Both the position numbers and the translations under genes were made by a program. Positions 43,833 to 53,012 of a DNA stretch of 64,000 nt are shown in pieces. Position 1 is the stretch's first letter. Every line of letters begins with the position of its first letter. This DNA comes from Leptolyngbyaceae cyanobacterium (GTDB lineage Bacteria; Cyanobacteriota; Cyanobacteriia; Phormidesmidales; Phormidesmidaceae): NCBI GenBank assembly GCA_965263355.1, contig CBDHHL010000056.1, forward strand, positions 2,467,867-2,531,866. Reading direction: 5' to 3'. A model generated the notes under the pieces. The model worked only from the letters and a program-made list of their open reading frames with translations, had not been told where the DNA came from and did not search any database.

Positions 43833-44318
43833 TTATTGCGAGAGCATGGAGTTAATGGCATCAGCGTTGAAACTGTCTACCAGAATGGTTTGCGTTGGCT
43901 GACCCATATCAATGGGGGGATCTTGGTCAAAGTCAACTTTCCAGACGTACTGCCAGGCGTCGATCTGTTTAATTTCAGTATCGAGGACAAAGTCAACTTG
44001 ACGGATCAGGTAGGGCTGGTAAATAGCTTTTTGCTCATCGGTACCGGTGATGGCGCGGTAAATCAGCTGGTGCCCAGCGGCCTGTCTGGATGAATCGTCA
44101 TCAATGGTGTAAAGGTCCATAGGACGTAGGATGTGTTGCTGACCATCACTGGCCTGGACATGCAGTTCAAGGCGACTGGTTTCGGTCGGTGGATCATAGT
44201 TACCGCTGGAGTACATTTCCCACCAGATAAACGGCCATACACCTCCTCCCAAGGCCATCAAGAGGAAAGAGATACCGAATGTGAAATATTTGGCTACCCG
44301 TAGATCCTGATCATCCAT
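43833..44318 (-). CDS. hypothetical partner protein (WPFxWWxMY motif), copy A
   Basis: Paralog of 56599-57072; 6 bp upstream of the HTTM-like gene. Confidence 0.75.
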   Translation of the reverse strand: MDDQDLRVAKYFTFGISFLLMALGGGVWPFIWWEMYSSGNYDPPTETSRLELHVQASDGQQHILRPMDLYTIDDDSSRQAAGHQLIYRAITGTDEQKAIYQPYLIRQVDFVLDTEIKQIDAWQYVWKVDFDQDPPIDMGQPTQTILVDSFNADAINSMLSQ

Positions 44319-44531
44319 GGGATTTAGTTTATCTCATGACTGCTCACTAATTTGGGATAAATGTGTACAAGACTTTGCAGGAGTCTCAAAATTATGAGGC
44401 ATTTCAAAGAACAGTTAAGCTCTGTCAAATCAGAAGCAATACATTGATTAGTGAGACATGAGAATTACATCAGAGACCGCACTCTCAAGCAAGCTTGAGT
44501 AGATGCCAGCAGCGCAACTAGACAAATTGCA

Positions 44532-44615
44532 TCGTAACGAGGAGCTGAGCGGTGGCCAGAATTTTAGATCTACACCTAGAGTATTCATTCCGCCCACTCC
44601 TGCGTAGGGTTAGGC
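44532..44615 (-). other. attC-like recombination site 1 (84 bp, degenerate)
   Basis: Minus strand GCCTAAC-cctac-gcaggagtgg...ccgctcagc-tcctc-GTTACGA, starting 3 nt after the retropepsin stop codon. Confidence 0.7.
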
Positions 44616-44618
44616 GAC

Positions 44619-45026
44619 TCATTCAGCGTTTGGATTGACGTCAAACTCCATTTTGGAGCGATAGAAGCACACGTCAAATTCCATAAAAAAGTTGGTTTGA
44701 CCAAGAATAACTGGGATATTTTCAGCTCTCGCCCAGGCAAAGGCTAGCCGTGCAGAACCGCAACCTTCGACATCTGCCATGGTAAACAGAGGCATGGCTG
44801 GTTGGCCTCCTAGGTTACCTGCCAGTTGAATTACAGCTTTTTTATCATCCCAAGTCGCTCCCAGCTCAAGTCCGACTTCATAAGGCAAGACGTTTACTGT
44901 AGCGCCACTGTCTACTAATCCAACTACCTCTACGCTGCGGTTTTGATAATTGAGGAATAATGGAATGCGAGGCAGGCTATCAAACTCATTTTGGGACGAG
45001 TCAGTCGTTGAATATCTGAAGCGCAT
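44619..45026 (-). CDS. retropepsin-like aspartic protease
   Basis: GLVDSGA active-site motif; ILGQTNFF. Confidence 0.85.
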   Translation of the reverse strand: MRFRYSTTDSSQNEFDSLPRIPLFLNYQNRSVEVVGLVDSGATVNVLPYEVGLELGATWDDKKAVIQLAGNLGGQPAMPLFTMADVEGCGSARLAFAWARAENIPVILGQTNFFMEFDVCFYRSKMEFDVNPNAE

Positions 45027-45042
45027 ATCTGAGCCACCCTAA

Positions 45043-45246
45043 TCAATCAGCTGCTGGCATGGCTTGCATCAGAATAGCGCCTGCACCAAAAGCATTGTAA
45101 GGCGTTGGCAAAAAGTAAGTCTTGAAAGGCTCGAATGGTGAAATATTCATATCACTACAGAGATCAGCTGCTAGAAGCCTTACCAGTTCTAGTTTTTCTG
45201 ACTCTGGCAATTGCCTAAGTGTAGGTAAAAGATCCGCTAAAGTCAT
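45043..45246 (-). CDS. small hypothetical protein upstream of the retropepsin gene
   Basis: MTLADLLPTLRQLPESEKLELVRLL, an antitoxin-like small helical protein. Confidence 0.65.
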   Translation of the reverse strand: MTLADLLPTLRQLPESEKLELVRLLAADLCSDMNISPFEPFKTYFLPTPYNAFGAGAILMQAMPAAD

Positions 45247-45352
45247 ACACAAGCCTCGATGGATTAGCCTATACCTCTAGCATAGTGTAGCTGAAGGAAG
45301 TCAGCGTTGCTCTAGCTATTGGGCCACCTGATTTTTGGAGTGCTCGCCTTCA

Positions 45353-45991
45353 TTAACGAAGTTTTGGCAGAACTGTTTTTTCCAATTTATCTGCAATGCG
45401 AACGTATGCTAGCAAGGGATTACCTAATCCGAAGGGTAGTGCCTTAATAATATCTCTATCAATTCGATAAACTCTAGAACCAATTCGGAAAATAACATCT
45501 CGATCCTCACGTGCTTTTACACGTTCTCTTAATCGTCTAATCTCTTCACTGATTGAACTTTCACCAACTTGCTCATTTAGCAAAACTAATTCTCTATCGA
45601 GATTCTCAAGTTCATCTAAAATTCTTGTAGCATCTCGTTCTAAGCTATTTATCTTATCTAAAGCAGCTTATCGCTGTGACTCAAGTTTTATACTTTCTGA
45701 AAGTCTTAATCGCTCTGCTTCCAAAATTTGAATCTTCTCTTCCTGAGTTTTTGCTTGCTCTATCAACCTTTCAATTTCTGGAACTTTAGCAAGCTGTTGA
45801 ATAATTTCGCCATCAGAACGACTAATTGCATATCCCAGCAAGGCTAAGCCAGTAGGAGCCGCAGTAGCTGAGGCGATACCAAACCAAACGACAAAACGAT
45901 TATCTTTTCCAGAACGAATCCCAAGGTAAACGGTTCCAGTAATAAGGCCAGTTGCGATTAATGCTGCAAGAATTTGCTTTATCGAAATCAT
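45353..45991 (-). pseudogene. membrane-anchored coiled-coil protein with an in-frame nonsense codon
   Basis: ORFs 45668-46024 and 45353-45583 share one frame; a single TAA at 45668-45670 separates ...ESQR from AALDKINSLERD... Confidence 0.75.
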
Positions 45992-46027
45992 TGAGGTTAA
46001 GTGCAACTTCAGGCAGTGATGCAAGCC

Positions 46028-46114
46028 GACTAACGTTCTCGCTTAACGGACGTAGATCACCTTTGCATCTCAACTCTATCTTGGATTCGTTCCGGTGCAG
46101 CGGGTTTGTTAGAG
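46028..46114 (-). other. attC recombination site 2 (87 bp); R'' box interrupted by an IS
   Basis: Minus strand CTCTAAC-aaacc-cgctgcaccggaac...gtccgttaagcg-agaac-GTTAGTC. Confidence 0.82.
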
Positions 46115-47436
46115 CAGCCCAAGGAAAAAAGCATCCAATGGTTACCTGATAGCTATGTTGTTGCGGTGACGGGAATTTCAACGAACCATTTTTCTAATCC
46201 TGGCAGTCGTTGCCACTGTTTTTCCAGCTCATCCATAGCACTCGCCGACAAGCTAACCCCGGTCTCGTATATCTGAGTGATCAATTTCACCACCGGGTGA
46301 TTGCCCTTAAAAGTTAACGTGGCCGCAAAGTTCAGTACCGTCTCAACGCTGTCTAGCAGATCCCCATTCCAATGTTGTTCTAACCAACCAAAGGTGCGCT
46401 CAACGGGATTGTATTTACTGTGATAGGGGGGATAATAGGCTAACTGCAAGGGAATGTGTTCTCGATTCACCCACTGCACCAATCGAAACATAAATTGAGT
46501 GCGTCGTGACTGGTTTTCGGGACCGTTGTCGAGATTAATCACCCACTTTTGAATCTGGGGAAACTCAACTTTAATGTCGTTCCACCACTGTTCAAGTAGG
46601 TCAACGAGGCAGTCTGCGGTGACCTTGGAGGTCACAAAGAACAAAGATAAACGGTCGTATTGAGGCAAATAAATCCCCACAGGTGTCAGCGTCTGAGTGG
46701 GCTTAAAATCATGGTCTGCTGCCAGGGTGGGAACCCGATTTTTTTCCCCCTCGGTCATAGTCGCCGATATTAATGGTCGCCTTAGCATCGATGGAAATGC
46801 GCAAGGTCGATTCATCGGCATCCGCCTCCGCATTGACCCGACCCACTTGGTCAAAAATGGCGTCAGTTTCGGGAATTTTCTTTTGGGGTTTGGCTTTGAT
46901 CACTCGTCTTAAACAATAGTTCATCTCATTGAGCCGTTGACGAATCACTTCTGAGGTCGGTAACTCGTCGTCACGATACCCCGTTTGCTCGATCAATTGA
47001 CGACGTACCTCGGGAGCACTGATACGGGTATACAACCGCTCACTGCGTAAACTCGGATCTGCTTGGGTGAAGGGATCGACTATTGCACGAATATCGTCTT
47101 GTAACTTGGGCAACCTCGACTCCACTCGTTTACGTCCTCGACGGCCAAAGGCATCTTCAATCGGAGTCCCACTGGTTAACTCCTGCATCCCTTTACGAAT
47201 CGTGCCACGGTTCCATCCCAACGTCTGTTCGGCACGGGTTTGGCCTCCTATCCCCAACTCCTTGACCACCTTGGCCATAAACTGACGACGATGGGTGCCC
47301 TTTAGCTGGTTGGCGGTTTCTATAAATAGGGCTTTGAGAGAATCAGTTAATTCAAGAGACGTGGATGCCACAGAGCTGATTTAGAAATAGTCGACTGCTC
47401 TGACTATTATAGGATGATTTATTTATTTGGCAGCTC
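46112..47436 (-). mobile_element. ISAzo13-family insertion sequence
   Basis: Imperfect TIRs GAGCAGCCCAAGGAAAAAAGCATCC and (reverse complement) GAGCTGCCAAATAAATAAATCATCC; TA on both flanks; split transposase. Confidence 0.85.
46153..47371 (-). CDS. ISAzo13-family DDE transposase, two ORFs joined by a probable -1 frameshift
   Basis: PQKKIPETDAIF, ISIDAKA, DHDF, DNGPEN, YYPPYHSKYNPVER; GGGGGAAAAAAA slippery tract at 46739-46750. Confidence 0.88.
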
Positions 47437-47534
47437 TAAAGTTAGCAGTGGTGCAATCTAGCTGCAATATTCCCTTCATTACAACTCCTCATGTTGCTTG
47501 CTAGCACATGGAGCTTATTCTATTGAAACTCTAT

Positions 47535-49127
47535 TTATAATCGGCAAACCTCTAATCGAGTAAATAGGCTTGGCACCACTTTGACCCATCCCCCAGGTCG
47601 AGGTAAGTGTCCTAACGGAGCAGATAACCCAAAGGTCAAGTCATAGTAGGGTATCCAAATACCTTTTGATCGCCACCCAACAAGGTCTCCAAACCTTTTA
47701 TAGGCATTATCATCGTAATCATCATCAAACCTACCACCACATTCTAGATAAATTTGTTTCTGAATACTGAAACCAAATCTACCTTCACTATATTTCACCC
47801 ATAACTGGTCAAGCGTGCGGAGATCTACACAAGAAAATTGCTTAATCTCCTCTTCCCTAATCGAGTCACCTTCTCGCCGACCAACTTGCTTAAGTATGGT
47901 TATATATGTTTCATAATTAGCTGCTTTCCAGTTTTGAGATCTCAGTAGATCCCGTAACTGACTGTAGTCTAGCCCTCGATCAGAACTGAGATCATCATAA
48001 GAGGCTTTAACACTTGAAGATACTGAATTGGTGTGAATAGATAGATCAGAAATTACCTGTTCTTCGATTTCTGTAATGTCTTCTTCTCTCAACCCCAGAA
48101 GTTGCTGAAAATCCTTTAAATCAGATATCGTATCTGTATCCAAAGGATAACCAGAATCGTTTACAACTTCAATAAAAGTATTCTTATATTCTTCTAATCT
48201 ATTCTGCAACTCTCGGTGGGGTTTCAAGATTTCTTCTTCAATCTGTCCTGCTTCTGCTTCAGAAATCCCCAACCTTCCGCGAATAACGTGCAATCTTCGT
48301 CTGGCAACTGGCGATAGGTCGACCTTGTTCCTTTCCAAGGTTAAGTTCGTTACTTCTTTACGATATAGTAACTTTGGATTATCTTGTGGAGATCTTGCTA
48401 GAATAATTTTGTAGCCTTCCCTAGCAACATAGATTTCTGGCTGCATTGAGGGAACAACTTCTAGAACTCTTTGACGGGCGTATTGATACAACTCATCAGC
48501 TGTAATTAATCCATCCATATCCTGATCAGCTACCCCTGTTGCAATACCTTCAACCAAGAAACGGGTAAAGATTGAAAGATTAGATTCTTTTTGTTCAAAA
48601 GAGTATTCTACAGACGAGGAAGAAGTAAGGATAACTCTTCCACTACCACCTAACTGTGAAGCAACATCAATGCTATCGTTGCCTTTTACAGCTACAGTCG
48701 ACATGTCTCGAGCAAAAGCCCCACTGAAACTACAATCTAGGATAATAACTTGTCTTCTAGAGCGGCTAATGCTCATTACCTCTTGAATGAAATTAGCAGA
48801 AACAGCGGTAGATCTGACAAGCCTTTGATTACTCTTTCGAGTATTAGTGGTAGTCAGGTAAAGTCTGCGCATTTCATCTTTAACAGCGTGACCTGAGAAA
48901 TATAACAATACCAAGTCATCTTTATGAGAAGCAGAAAATAAAATTTCTATCTCTTGCTCCATCTGCTGCCTACTTGGGTCAAGCAATACAGATACTTGAT
49001 CAAAACCTCCTAACTCCGGATCCCTTAAAACGCGAGACATTGCTTCAGTGTCTGCCCTTGCAGCAGGAAGTGGAGAAAAATCTGATTCATACTCACTTAC
49101 TCCAATTAACAGTGCGGCTTTATTCAT
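47535..49127 (-). CDS. caspase-like (C14) peptidase domain + helical linker + GUN4-like domain
   Basis: KAALLIGVSEY, LLYFSGH, IILDCSFSG; GUN4-like DYSQLRDLL..WKAANYET..DLRTLDQLWVKYSEGRFGFSIQK..APLGHLP. Confidence 0.9.
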   Translation of the reverse strand: MNKAALLIGVSEYESDFSPLPAARADTEAMSRVLRDPELGGFDQVSVLLDPSRQQMEQEIEILFSASHKDDLVLLYFSGHAVKDEMRRLYLTTTNTRKSNQRLVRSTAVSANFIQEVMSISRSRRQVIILDCSFSGAFARDMSTVAVKGNDSIDVASQLGGSGRVILTSSSSVEYSFEQKESNLSIFTRFLVEGIATGVADQDMDGLITADELYQYARQRVLEVVPSMQPEIYVAREGYKIILARSPQDNPKLLYRKEVTNLTLERNKVDLSPVARRRLHVIRGRLGISEAEAGQIEEEILKPHRELQNRLEEYKNTFIEVVNDSGYPLDTDTISDLKDFQQLLGLREEDITEIEEQVISDLSIHTNSVSSSVKASYDDLSSDRGLDYSQLRDLLRSQNWKAANYETYITILKQVGRREGDSIREEEIKQFSCVDLRTLDQLWVKYSEGRFGFSIQKQIYLECGGRFDDDYDDNAYKRFGDLVGWRSKGIWIPYYDLTFGLSAPLGHLPRPGGWVKVVPSLFTRLEVCRL

Positions 49128-51033
49128 GGTCTATTTCATGCGTAACGAATGCTAGTAAACTATGAATCTCATCGTTATCTGACTCTATATCTAATGCTTT
49201 TCTAAGTTGCTCTTTGGCTAGCTTAAACTCTTTTTGTAATCTTAAGTCTCGACCATATCCCAAAAGTGCTTGAACATAATTTTCCTCGGTTTTTAATGGA
49301 TCAATCTGAAAAGCCCTTGTATAGAGTGCTGAGGCTCTACCAAAATCCTCAACCTCTAAGTACGCTGCTGCCATATCAAATAGAGCACTAAAATGATTGG
49401 AATTTAAATCTAGTACCTGGTTATATAAATCAATTACAATTGTTATGTCACCTTTTCGATGCAAATTAGTCGCTCTTTGATAGATACGCTCAGCTTTTGG
49501 ATCTAGTTTCTCCAGTTCCCTTATTTCCTGGTAAAGTGGGTATCGATTGACTAACCAATGACGGACAAGTTCAATTTTGACTTTATACGTCGAAGCTTTG
49601 TAATCCTTTACAGAGTCTAGAAAATTCCATTCAACAAGACGTTTTTCAGCATCAACTAATGGTTTAGTCAAAACAACTCCATACTCCTTTAATAACTCTC
49701 CTGGAAGAGCTAATTTAGACTCTACATTGGGTAATCCAAGTGTTAGAATCTGTCCAATATGAATTTGCTGTAATTCTGTACTGACTACAATTGCTCCTAA
49801 TCTTGGATCATAAGAGGCGATCCAGCTTACCGAAGGCAACTTACGCATGAGATAGCTATATATCCAGACTGGGGCAGGACCAGTAATAACTATTCCAGTA
49901 TTCGTATTAATTTCTTCAGGCAGCTCTAATTTAGAGAGAACTTTCGGCTCAATACGTCTGTCCTCAGAGAGGATCTCTATGGTCAACCATTGATAAGTTA
50001 AGCCTTTGTAATCCTGTGGTTCACTCAGCTTTAAACGAACTGAGACATTAGATGTTTGACTAATATTACTTTGAATATCTAAAGCATTGAATTCTTTATT
50101 AGCGTTTTTTTGCGCTTCTGCCACAGCAGAAAAGATAACTCTTTCAGGAATTGGCAATCCGTCTCGAAACCATGCTAATCCTGCTTCACCAATCTCAATT
50201 GCCCTATCTATAATTTTCCTTACATCTCCACGAATGATTCTCCAATTTTGTCGATCTCGTGCATACCCAAACAGTGCAAAGCATATTAATTGCGTAAAGT
50301 AAGGATGTCTCGCTGAGAGATCAAGAATTTCTTGTATAGCTGCTGAATCATATTTCAGGATCCCTTCAGCAGGTTCAACAATTAACTGCTTAGCACTTGT
50401 TTCATCAAGTAAACCAATCTCTCGACTAGGTGCTTCTTTAAATAAACTAAGTAACTTGGGCATATCATCCAGCCGTCGCCCGACTACTGGAATGAGAATT
50501 AATTGCTTTTGTCGATAAATAATTGACTGTAAATAGGGGAAGAAATTTTCAACTGCTACGTCTGACTTATCACTATTTAAGACATCAAACTCATCCATTA
50601 AGAAGACCAAGTGTCTGCCTGATAATACTCTATAAATCTTAGGCAGAAAAACACTATGAAAAATACTTGAGTCTGTCTTCAATTCCTCTACAGAAGGTGA
50701 TGTTACGTCTTTTAATTGCAATTCAAGTTGATCGACAATCTCCACAGCAATATAGTGCAAAATATCACTAAGATGTGCTTGGCTTCTATCCTGAAGATCA
50801 AGCAAGACAAAAGCAAATTCATCTAATCCAACACAAGCTGGAATTTGAGAGAGTACTGAGGACTTGCCAATGCGCCGTTGGCCATGTAGCAAAATAACCT
50901 TCGCGCCTGACTTCAAATTGTCCTCAACAAATTGAAATAGACGTTCTCGCCCGAAGAAAAGCTCTGGCTTATCGATTGGGCTACCAATGTCGTAAGGATT
51001 TCTTCGAGATTGTGAAGACAACATGAGCATCAA
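49120..51033 (-). CDS. STAND-like AAA+ ATPase with an inserted Csx3/Crn3-like domain and C-terminal TPRs
   Basis: NPY..FFGRE, GQRRIGKS, FLMDEFD, RHPYFTQ; Csx3-like GIVITGPAPVWIYSYL..WIASYDPRLGAIVVST (about 49735-50040); TPR-like helices. Confidence 0.85.
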   Translation of the reverse strand: MMLMLSSQSRRNPYDIGSPIDKPELFFGRERLFQFVEDNLKSGAKVILLHGQRRIGKSSVLSQIPACVGLDEFAFVLLDLQDRSQAHLSDILHYIAVEIVDQLELQLKDVTSPSVEELKTDSSIFHSVFLPKIYRVLSGRHLVFLMDEFDVLNSDKSDVAVENFFPYLQSIIYRQKQLILIPVVGRRLDDMPKLLSLFKEAPSREIGLLDETSAKQLIVEPAEGILKYDSAAIQEILDLSARHPYFTQLICFALFGYARDRQNWRIIRGDVRKIIDRAIEIGEAGLAWFRDGLPIPERVIFSAVAEAQKNANKEFNALDIQSNISQTSNVSVRLKLSEPQDYKGLTYQWLTIEILSEDRRIEPKVLSKLELPEEINTNTGIVITGPAPVWIYSYLMRKLPSVSWIASYDPRLGAIVVSTELQQIHIGQILTLGLPNVESKLALPGELLKEYGVVLTKPLVDAEKRLVEWNFLDSVKDYKASTYKVKIELVRHWLVNRYPLYQEIRELEKLDPKAERIYQRATNLHRKGDITIVIDLYNQVLDLNSNHFSALFDMAAAYLEVEDFGRASALYTRAFQIDPLKTEENYVQALLGYGRDLRLQKEFKLAKEQLRKALDIESDNDEIHSLLAFVTHEIDHE

Positions 51034-51099
51034 CCCTTAGCCATGAACTTGAGGAGTAAGACTATACATAAAGCACGCATTGAAATAATAAACAAAAAT

Positions 51100-52401
51100 C
51101 TAGCCTGATACAAACCCTTTCGGAACAGCACTAACTAGCTTACTAGTCCATTCAATGATAGATGGTACTTCATCTTTGTGCTGCCATAAATAACGTATCC
51201 CACCCCTAATCTGCTCTGCTTGCTTAGTGCTCATCAAATTAAGAAAAACCTTTTGACGTTGTTGAAGCTCTTCCTCATTACTATTTTCAATTTCTTTAAT
51301 AACCCACCATTCCATCAACGATGAGGCAAATGTGTAGTTATGTCTACCCTCCTGGGAAATTCGGATGATGACTCCTCGTTGTTCTAAATCCGTCAGTTCA
51401 CGCTCCCGTTGACTAAGGATGATGCTGATATCACCCAAATCATAAATTTTCCCCTTTATTCGACCCTTCAAATTAGATAAAGCAATTAACATCAAAAGCA
51501 TTTGTTCTTCTTGGTTTGACATTTCCCACATCTGTTGAAAAAATTGCTCAACCGAACTTAGGAAGTCTCGTGCAAATGCTTCGGGATCGGGTATTTCTCC
51601 AGTCTGAAGTTTGTCATATAAAAGATACCCTGCATGTTGAATTAATGCAGGATGTCCATCAGTCATTTCTCTAATCCCATCTCGTAGTTCTGCTGTCATA
51701 GGCATGCAGCCTAGCAGTACATCAATTTCGCTATCAGTAAATGGCTTTAAAGGTTGGAATAAATAGTGGTTATACCATGGAGACTTATCTGGAGAAAGCT
51801 TTGGACCAAGCTCGTTAAGACGCCGAAATGAAGTGACAATAATTGAAAGACAGCCTTTACTCTGAACCGCTAAGTTGCGAGTTTCGCTTAGGAAAATTTC
51901 TATGCTGCTTTCTTCATATTGGTCATGTGAACGGAAAGCAGCATCATAGTTATCTAGCAATAGCACTAAAAACTTCTTCTGTTTTCCTACCCGCTTCAAG
52001 AGCTGGCGTAACTCATCCTTGGTTACTTCAGCCTTTTCTAGAGATTGATCGATCCAGGCTTGTAATGCACTACTACCGTCAGCAACCTCATCCTTGATCA
52101 GGATTAGAATTTCCCTCCAAAAGGCAGCTGGCAGGAAAGGATATATGCTCAAGCAATCTAGATATACAACAATAGACTCAGAACGTTGGCATCCATAATG
52201 TTGCCAAATTTGAGGAGAAAGCAACAACTCCAAAAAAGATGATTTCCCCATTCCCGAACCACCCCATATTGCCAGACAGCTACGACTAGCGATTCGATCA
52301 AACGCAACACCAAGTTCAGATTTCCATCCAACGAAGCTTTCTGGTGAAACTAGCTTTCCAGGAGAAAAAGGATTTTTTGTCATGGCTTTTTTTGGGTCCA
52401 A
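51100..52401 (-). CDS. STAND-like AAA ATPase (partner)
   Basis: NPF..FVGW, GGSGMGKS, LLLDNYD, GHPALIQ. Confidence 0.85.
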   Translation of the reverse strand: MDPKKAMTKNPFSPGKLVSPESFVGWKSELGVAFDRIASRSCLAIWGGSGMGKSSFLELLLSPQIWQHYGCQRSESIVVYLDCLSIYPFLPAAFWREILILIKDEVADGSSALQAWIDQSLEKAEVTKDELRQLLKRVGKQKKFLVLLLDNYDAAFRSHDQYEESSIEIFLSETRNLAVQSKGCLSIIVTSFRRLNELGPKLSPDKSPWYNHYLFQPLKPFTDSEIDVLLGCMPMTAELRDGIREMTDGHPALIQHAGYLLYDKLQTGEIPDPEAFARDFLSSVEQFFQQMWEMSNQEEQMLLMLIALSNLKGRIKGKIYDLGDISIILSQRERELTDLEQRGVIIRISQEGRHNYTFASSLMEWWVIKEIENSNEEELQQRQKVFLNLMSTKQAEQIRGGIRYLWQHKDEVPSIIEWTSKLVSAVPKGFVSG

Positions 52402-52492
52402 AGGTCCAAAGGTCTCGATGAAAATTTTTCCTTTAACTAGCTTAGTGCCACAGTCAGTTTTTGGGCACTACCTCTATACAGAACGAGAAGCA

Positions 52493-52579
52493 GCCCAACG
52501 ACTAAGCTCACCGGACACAGATCCTCTTGGCCACTCGACCGATTACCTTTCACCGTTCCGGTGCGGCGACTTGTTAGCC
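52493..52579 (-). other. attC recombination site 3 (87 bp)
   Basis: Minus strand GGCTAAC-aagtc-gccgcaccggaac...gtccggtgagc-ttagtc-GTTGGGC; similar to site 2; begins 13 nt after a stop codon. Confidence 0.85.
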
Positions 52580-52592
52580 CTCAGCAAAAGCC

Positions 52593-52766
52593 TTATCTTT
52601 CAATTCGTTCAAGTTCCTCACGAACTACTTTCCGCAACGTTTCCTCAAGCGGTTGTCGAGTGGCCTGAACGTGTTAGCGTAAAGCTTCGTGAATTAAGGT
52701 TTGGTAGTTTCCACCACCTGCACTATGCACTTGTTCACGAAACCATGCCAGAACATCATCATCTAG
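52593..52766 (-). pseudogene. BrnA-type antitoxin remnant (5'-truncated, internal stop)
   Basis: Manual translation LDDDVLAWFREQVHSAGGGNYQTLIHEALR*HVQATRQPLEETLRKVVREELERIER*; TAA at 52674-52676. Confidence 0.75.
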
Positions 52767-53012
52767 CCAGTTTGTGGCTCGATTGATGACGATCACCACC
52801 TCCCTCAAGGCTCAGAGTAGGAATATTCTTGATTTCCTGACCCAGACTTACTCGGCTGCGCGTACCGGAAAAGAACCGCCTTCTTTGATCCTACAAAACC
52901 AACGGTAGGGACAGTTACGTTTTTATTTAAGCAATATCCTGAAAATCTAAGCCTTACTGATGAAAATGAGAGAGTCTTTATCAAAGCTTTTCTTGATTGA
53001 TTATTATTATGA

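Noticed and set aside
45253..45352. Additional attC between the pseudogene and the small gene
   Set aside because: No YAAC...GTT pair with inner inverted boxes found.
49120..51033. Type III CRISPR-Cas locus implied by Csx3
   Set aside because: Only a Csx3-like domain inside an ATPase; no cas10, csm/cmr genes or array in 64 kb.
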